Shown here: positions 58,825 through 64,000 of the stretch, piece by piece
Numbering within the stretch: position 1 is the first letter of the stretch
Layout: each line of letters opens with the position of its first letter
NCBI GenBank assembly: GCA_017654855.1
Contig: CM030332.1
Span: forward strand, 6,820,001 to 6,884,000
Reading direction: 5' to 3'
Origin: Podospora anserina
Taxonomy: Eukaryota
Length of the DNA: 64,000 bases
Translations under genes and position numbers: made by a program
The notes under the pieces: model-generated
What the model was told of the DNA's origin: nothing
Database searches by the model: none
Seen by the model: the letters and a program-made list of their open reading frames with translations, nothing else

Positions 58825-61115
58825 TCATGAGTACCTCTTCAGCTCACTCTTATCCAACGTCCCAACAAACGCATGACTCAAAAAATGCAGCCAGGTCTTG
58901 TTCTTCTTCCCCTTCTTCTTCTTCTTCTTCTTGTCCCCTTTCTTGCCCTTCTTTTTCTTGTCTCCCTTCTTCTTGTCCCCCTTCTTTGCCTCAGCCTCCA
59001 TCTCTTCATCATCAGAGTCACTGTCCGACTCAAAATCGGACTCATCACAGTCATGCTCCTCCTCAACATCTCCCACCTCTTCATCGCCAGCCATCTCAAC
59101 CAGACTCTTGCCCTTGGCCTTCTGCCCAATCCTATACGCCAACTCCACAAAGCTGTTCACCGTCAAATCTCCCAGCTTGTAGATCTTGTCGTTAAAAGTG
59201 CTGTACTCGACTTCAAAGGCAAATTCTCTCGGGTCCGGTTTCGGTGTCAGCGGCTTCTTCCCTCCGTTCTTCCCCTTTCGCCACTTCATAAGCCACGATT
59301 TCGAGGATTGGAGCAGGGAGAAAAGGCTGTTGGTTGTTGTTGGCTCGACGCTGTTCAAATCGGTAAGGTTGAGGTTGTTGATGTGCGTTAGGTTAGCAAA
59401 GTACTGTGTGTACCCTGTCAAGCTCAGAGGCTGCTGAGAATACGCAGGTCCGGGAGGGCTCGTCTTCGCTGGTGGAGGAGGAATGACGAGGTTGGGATCG
59501 TGAGGCTTCTTGTCCTTCTTTGGGCGTTTGCCGCCCTTCTTCTTTTTCTTCTTGTCGGTTTCGACATTTTCGAAGGAATCGCTCAGATCGTCTATCGGCG
59601 ACAAGCTTCGCAGGTCGAGGTGCTTCTGAGGTGCGCTCGGGGCACTGGCAGGGTGCGACGAGTTCTTCGCGCCATTGCCAGGCATGTCGCGCCAAAGAGG
59701 TGTGTTCTCAAGGCCAGAGATGTTGTATTCCACCACGCGTAACGTGGGGAAATACGTTGGTACGATGCTGGGGCTGACCAGCGACAACACATATCGCTCC
59801 CCCCAAGGATCCTTGCGCTTTGGCTTTCTGGTTCTGCCCTTCTTTCCATCCTGATTCACTTCGTTCGACTTGCCCGGCACAGTTGGGGGTGTCAACTTGG
59901 ACCAGTCATCGCGGAGTTCCATCAGATAATCGGTGCCACCCTGAATCGTAAGCTCATCGTCCAAGTACTCGCGAACGCCAAATTCGGGTGATAGACCGTT
60001 CAAGAAGGCGATGTCGACGTCGTGGGTGTCGTGGATAAGGAAGTGATCGATGTTCATGTGCCCATACATCCCGCTGATAACCACATCCCTATACTGGTGC
60101 AGCCAGAGCGTGTACTTTTGCCAGCAAGTCTCATCCCAAAGCTTCTTGCTGTCCGTCCTCGCTGGCGGGACATGGCCCATCAAGATAACCTTCATTCCCC
60201 TCTCCCTCATAAACTCCAACTGCACTCTCAACCACTCCAGCTGCTTAAACCCTGGCTCAGATGGGTTCTCACATCCATCCACACCCGCATTCCGGTCGAA
60301 AAAGTACAGCGTATTCAAGCTGAACACCGCCAACCGATTCGGAATAACCTCCACGTGGAACCAGCCTCCAAACTCAAAGCTATGCCTCTGGGCCTCTGGG
60401 ATAAAATGCCTCCAAATGTGCGTATACGTCTGCAACCACTTATTCGGCCCCGGCAGCAAAATGTTATGCGGCAAGATATCGTTATTCCCGAACGTCGGCA
60501 CAACCGGTATGCTCATCCCATGTCCCGTCTCCTCGTTCCTGAGCATCTCGGCAAACTTGTCCGCAATCCAGGTGTTGGTCCCGAGCACCTGGTCCTGCGT
60601 GCGGGGCAAATCATCGTCGCGATCGTGACGCGCCGTGTCGCCCGTCCACACGACAAAATCAATCTTGTCTTTTAAATTCGCCTCAATCCAGTCAAACGTC
60701 GCATTCACCAGCGAGTACGGCGAATCGCAATCGGTCGTCTCGGCACCGTACGGCCCTGCTGGCCCTTCGCCCTTGTGGCATCCGTCGTCTTCGTCCGTAG
60801 ATGAGTGTACTTTGTAGAATTCATCGGGATGGATGTCTGCGTGTGAATTTCCACAATGTCAATTTCAGTTCCTCAGAAATGACAGGCCTGCCGCGATGGG
60901 ACACAGAGCCTGCCGCGAAGCTACGATAGCAATGGTGATGGAGGGGATAACTCACCTGTGATATGCAGGAACCTGCCGTGCAGCCCTTTTCGCGGGGCAG
61001 AATTCGACAGTATGTGCTGCTCTGCCGCCGGCGCAGTTGGACCTGAACCCGAGAGCCTGGCAATGACGCCATGGTACAGCAGTCCCAGGCACAGAATGCG
61101 CTGGAGAGCCATCAT
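58825..61115 (-). CDS. PPN1: Endopolyphosphatase (calcineurin-like metallophosphoesterase), 1 intron (~60838-60955)
   Basis: LHGRFLHIT|DIHPD, TDCDSP, VVWTGDTARHDRD, PTFGNND, MGHVPP, YGHMNIDHF, SPSIVPTYFPTLRV, YTQYFANL and FEVEYST. Confidence 0.92.
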
Positions 61116-63506
61116 TTGCTTGACGGCTGAAAAAAACGAAATAGTAACAGGGAAAAAATAAAAAAATAACAATTCAGGAGTATCCCTTCCGTGGGTGGGG
61201 GGTGGTGTTTTCGCGCTGGGGCGCCTTTCTTTAGATATAGGTTGTCATACCAGACATGATGGGAATCGAGAAAGAGGAGCGGGTCGGTAGGGTGGTGGAA
61301 AAGAAATCTAGATGGCCGTCGAATGTTTTTTGGCGTCAAAGGGAGGAGGAGCCCACTGTAAAGTGGTTCTCGAGCCTGTTTTAGCTTTTCAGACCCTCAG
61401 CTGGGCGGGCAGGGCGAGAAAGTGCGGTGGCCAACAAACGGTCGCGGTCTGGGTCAGTGTCAGAGGATGACGCTTCTTCCGGGCTCTTGTCATGTGTGGA
61501 TGGAGTCTTGGCTCCTTTTTTGCGAGAACCCTTTGGGTCGTCAAGTCAGTCGATCACAAGATGCCCAGCCTGTGACACTGAACGGGGATTGTGGTGGGAG
61601 ACGTGGGATGTCTTCATTTTTAATACCCCAGAAGCAAACCTAAAAAATTCTTATAAAATTATTCTTTTTTCGTATCACCACAATAAAATCAACTGCTATG
61701 AGTTGATTACCTGCTGTACCGCCCATCTGAACTGCGTCTTTTTCGCTTCCGATCACCATCCACAGCAAAGCAAGTTTCTGCCCTTTTCGTCTCTTGAGCA
61801 CCTTGACGGTTCAGATACCGAGTATACATATTCAGCCACGCGGGACCCCCCCTTTGAAGACTTTACACCCACACAGCCAATATCCTTCAAGCTTCCTCCC
61901 CACGTGTGTAACAGAGCACAGCTACATATTGTAGAAACCAGACATGTGCCTCGCTCTGTGGCTGTCGACCTCTCTACCATTCCATCATCTGCCTTTTTGA
62001 CACCATTCATGATGTGGTGATCTCTTCTGCCTAGTATACCCCCACAGGTCATCACCCAGGTCCCCGCGGCATAACCCGCATCACCATCGACGTCACAAAC
62101 CTCGCTTTTCCATTCCGCCAGCACCCTTTGCCGGCCTCGATATCAACCCCACGAACACTTAACTTCATCAAAGATCAGCGGGGCATCTCCCTTCTTGGCC
62201 CAAGCCCAAAAAAGGGTCAAAGGTTTCGCAGCTGGACTTGCTGGTCTGGTGGGGTGGAAGGAGGGGTCGTCGACCACCCCACGGACCTACTCAAGAAACA
62301 TCTTGCCCACCAAGAACAGTGCGGGGTGTTCGATAGTGGGACGTTAGCACACTGTCCAGCAAAGTGGGGCCTCCTCCCATTAAAACCACCAATTTTATTT
62401 TTTTCGCGTCTTTGCGCGTTTCTCTTTCTCTCCTTCTTTCATACATCAAATGCAGCCAGCGCCGCGTCTATAGACTTCTTCTCCTCCATGTCTGCCAGAA
62501 TGCTCATTGCTAGCTTGCTAGAAAAAAATATTAGATTGCCGTACGTTTGAGGGAGGTTGGAGCTTTCAGGAGCAATGAATACTTCCCATGGTTTAATCGG
62601 CCACATTTTTTATATATTTTTTTTATTTTTTGTTTTTTGTTTTAAGAATCTTTTCCCAACCCTCTGATAGCTTGAGGGTTTGGGGGGCCACTTCCGACAT
62701 GGAATCATGACCGGCCCCGTTAGAGAGTTGGTATACCTTACTGGTGATGATCAACTGCTGGAAAACTTGTGTAGCCTTGCGTGGTGCAGCTGGTCGTGGG
62801 GTTGCGGTGCAGGTGGGTTGTGGAGGGGGCGGAATGACCCGACCAACTCAGCCACCTGCCTGGTGATGATTTACACTTCTTCCCGGAGGATCACGTTAAA
62901 ACATCTCGATCTGACCTGAGCCTGATATCACGACCTGTTGATGACCCAGCCCCGGAATGCCCGATCTGGTGTGTATCACCACAAACGTGGTATAAGGTAA
63001 GGTGTCCCGTGTTCGCTTTTCTGGTGTCTGCCTCGATCGATGGTTCACCCTATTGTTCTGCCCCGAGTGTAGTTTCACAGCATGGAAGTTCGTTCCGGTT
63101 TCGCCCTGTCGGTTACAGCTTGTGTACAGTCTCGCTGTCAGGAGGTGTGGTGTGCACAGCATTGAGGGGATTTCCCCTCAAGGTGGTTGGTGGTGGATGC
63201 TGTTGTTGTGGATTTGCCATGGTTGCGATGGCATCACAGCACAGATGTGCAGAGTCCTACCAGGTGATAGAGAGAGTCCCCATGCCGTGACCCCTCGGTT
63301 GCCAATCATTGTATGGTGCTTGATATACATTCGAGAAGGCAGCTGATGGCGATTTCACAAGAACGGGCCTTCTGGCCCCATGTGGTCCCAACATACACAT
63401 CAACTACACCCTCTGGAAAGAGATGTTTGTTTAAAGAAAAGGATAATCCAAAGAAGATAAATATAACCATTTCAGCTGACCACACAGCTCAGAGAAACAA
63501 CCCCTC

Positions 63507-63531
63507 ATATATATATATATATATATATATA
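63507..63531. repeat. (TA)n microsatellite
   Basis: Seen directly in the sequence. Confidence 0.9.
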
Positions 63532-63776
63532 TTACACATAAATATATATCCCACGAAAGACCTCTCCGTCCCCCTTCCAAAATTATGAATGACAGTAGAA
63601 TAAAAGATATAAATCCGTCATCATTATAAAATCTCACTTTCCCCGTTGAACCATAAAAAGTAGATATCTCCATCCCTCTCATTCTAGCCAAGTCATGGAC
63701 TCATCTCCCATATCTTTTTAGACCAGAATCACCAAAAAAAATTGAAATAAATGGATGTGATAGGAGCCGGCAAGAT

Positions 63777-64000
63777 TTAGTCCGTATCCATCGCATCCGG
63801 CGGGACCGGCGATCCAAGCGTCACCTCCGGCCGACGCAAGGCTTGGTATGGTTTAACTTCGAGTGACAACTCGGGGGGCTCTGACTTCTGCTGTTGTGGC
63901 TGGCCAGCCCCAACGCCGTTCGTTTCTTCCACCACGTCCATCGCGTCCTCCTTCGATGGCCGGGGCGGCACGGCGACTTGGATCTCGGAAGCAATCTCTG
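63777..64000 (-). CDS. 3' end of an unidentified gene running in from beyond the window
   Basis: Frame open from the window edge: ...EIASEIQVAVPPRPSKEDAMDVVEE...SPVPPDAMDTD*, followed by an AT-rich 3'UTR-like region. Confidence 0.65.
   Translation of the reverse strand, partial: EIASEIQVAVPPRPSKEDAMDVVEETNGVGAGQPQQQKSEPPELSLEVKPYQALRRPEVTLGSPVPPDAMDTD

Noticed and set aside
62862..62920. GTGATGA...CTGA pair resembling a box C/D snoRNA
   Set aside because: Too short, weak terminal stem, and no rRNA-complementary guide that I could identify.

Overview
Eukaryotic, intron-rich DNA from a filamentous ascomycete. The short GT-AG introns with CTRAC-type branch points and the gene content fit a Sordariales fungus such as Podospora; this is inference, not a database result. 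The window holds about 23 protein-coding genes. Most are housekeeping genes: ORC1 (partial), NAS6/gankyrin, PRP46, SGM1/TMF1 golgin, alkaline ceramidase, PFD1, HEM25, COG8, a San1-like RING-H2 ligase, an ACAD10/11-type phosphotransferase, RAD17, an AflY/questin-oxidase-like protein, RPE1, a class-V PLP enzyme, TPA1, a Cys/Met PLP enzyme, a CE4 deacetylase and PPN1. Four complete genes and one partial gene are uncharacterised. A U5 snRNA gene invisible to the ORF track lies at about 40504-40623 (-). The best-supported unusual observations are in splicing: a 3-nt microexon, a 14-nt microexon next to a triplicated intronic motif, and two GC-AG first introns. The best candidate for an undescribed system is a head-to-head pair of orphan genes at 20.3-27.3 kb, but its function is only a hypothesis. 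I found no tRNA, rRNA, CRISPR array or intact transposon. All gene models were spliced by hand, so boundaries may be off by a few bases.
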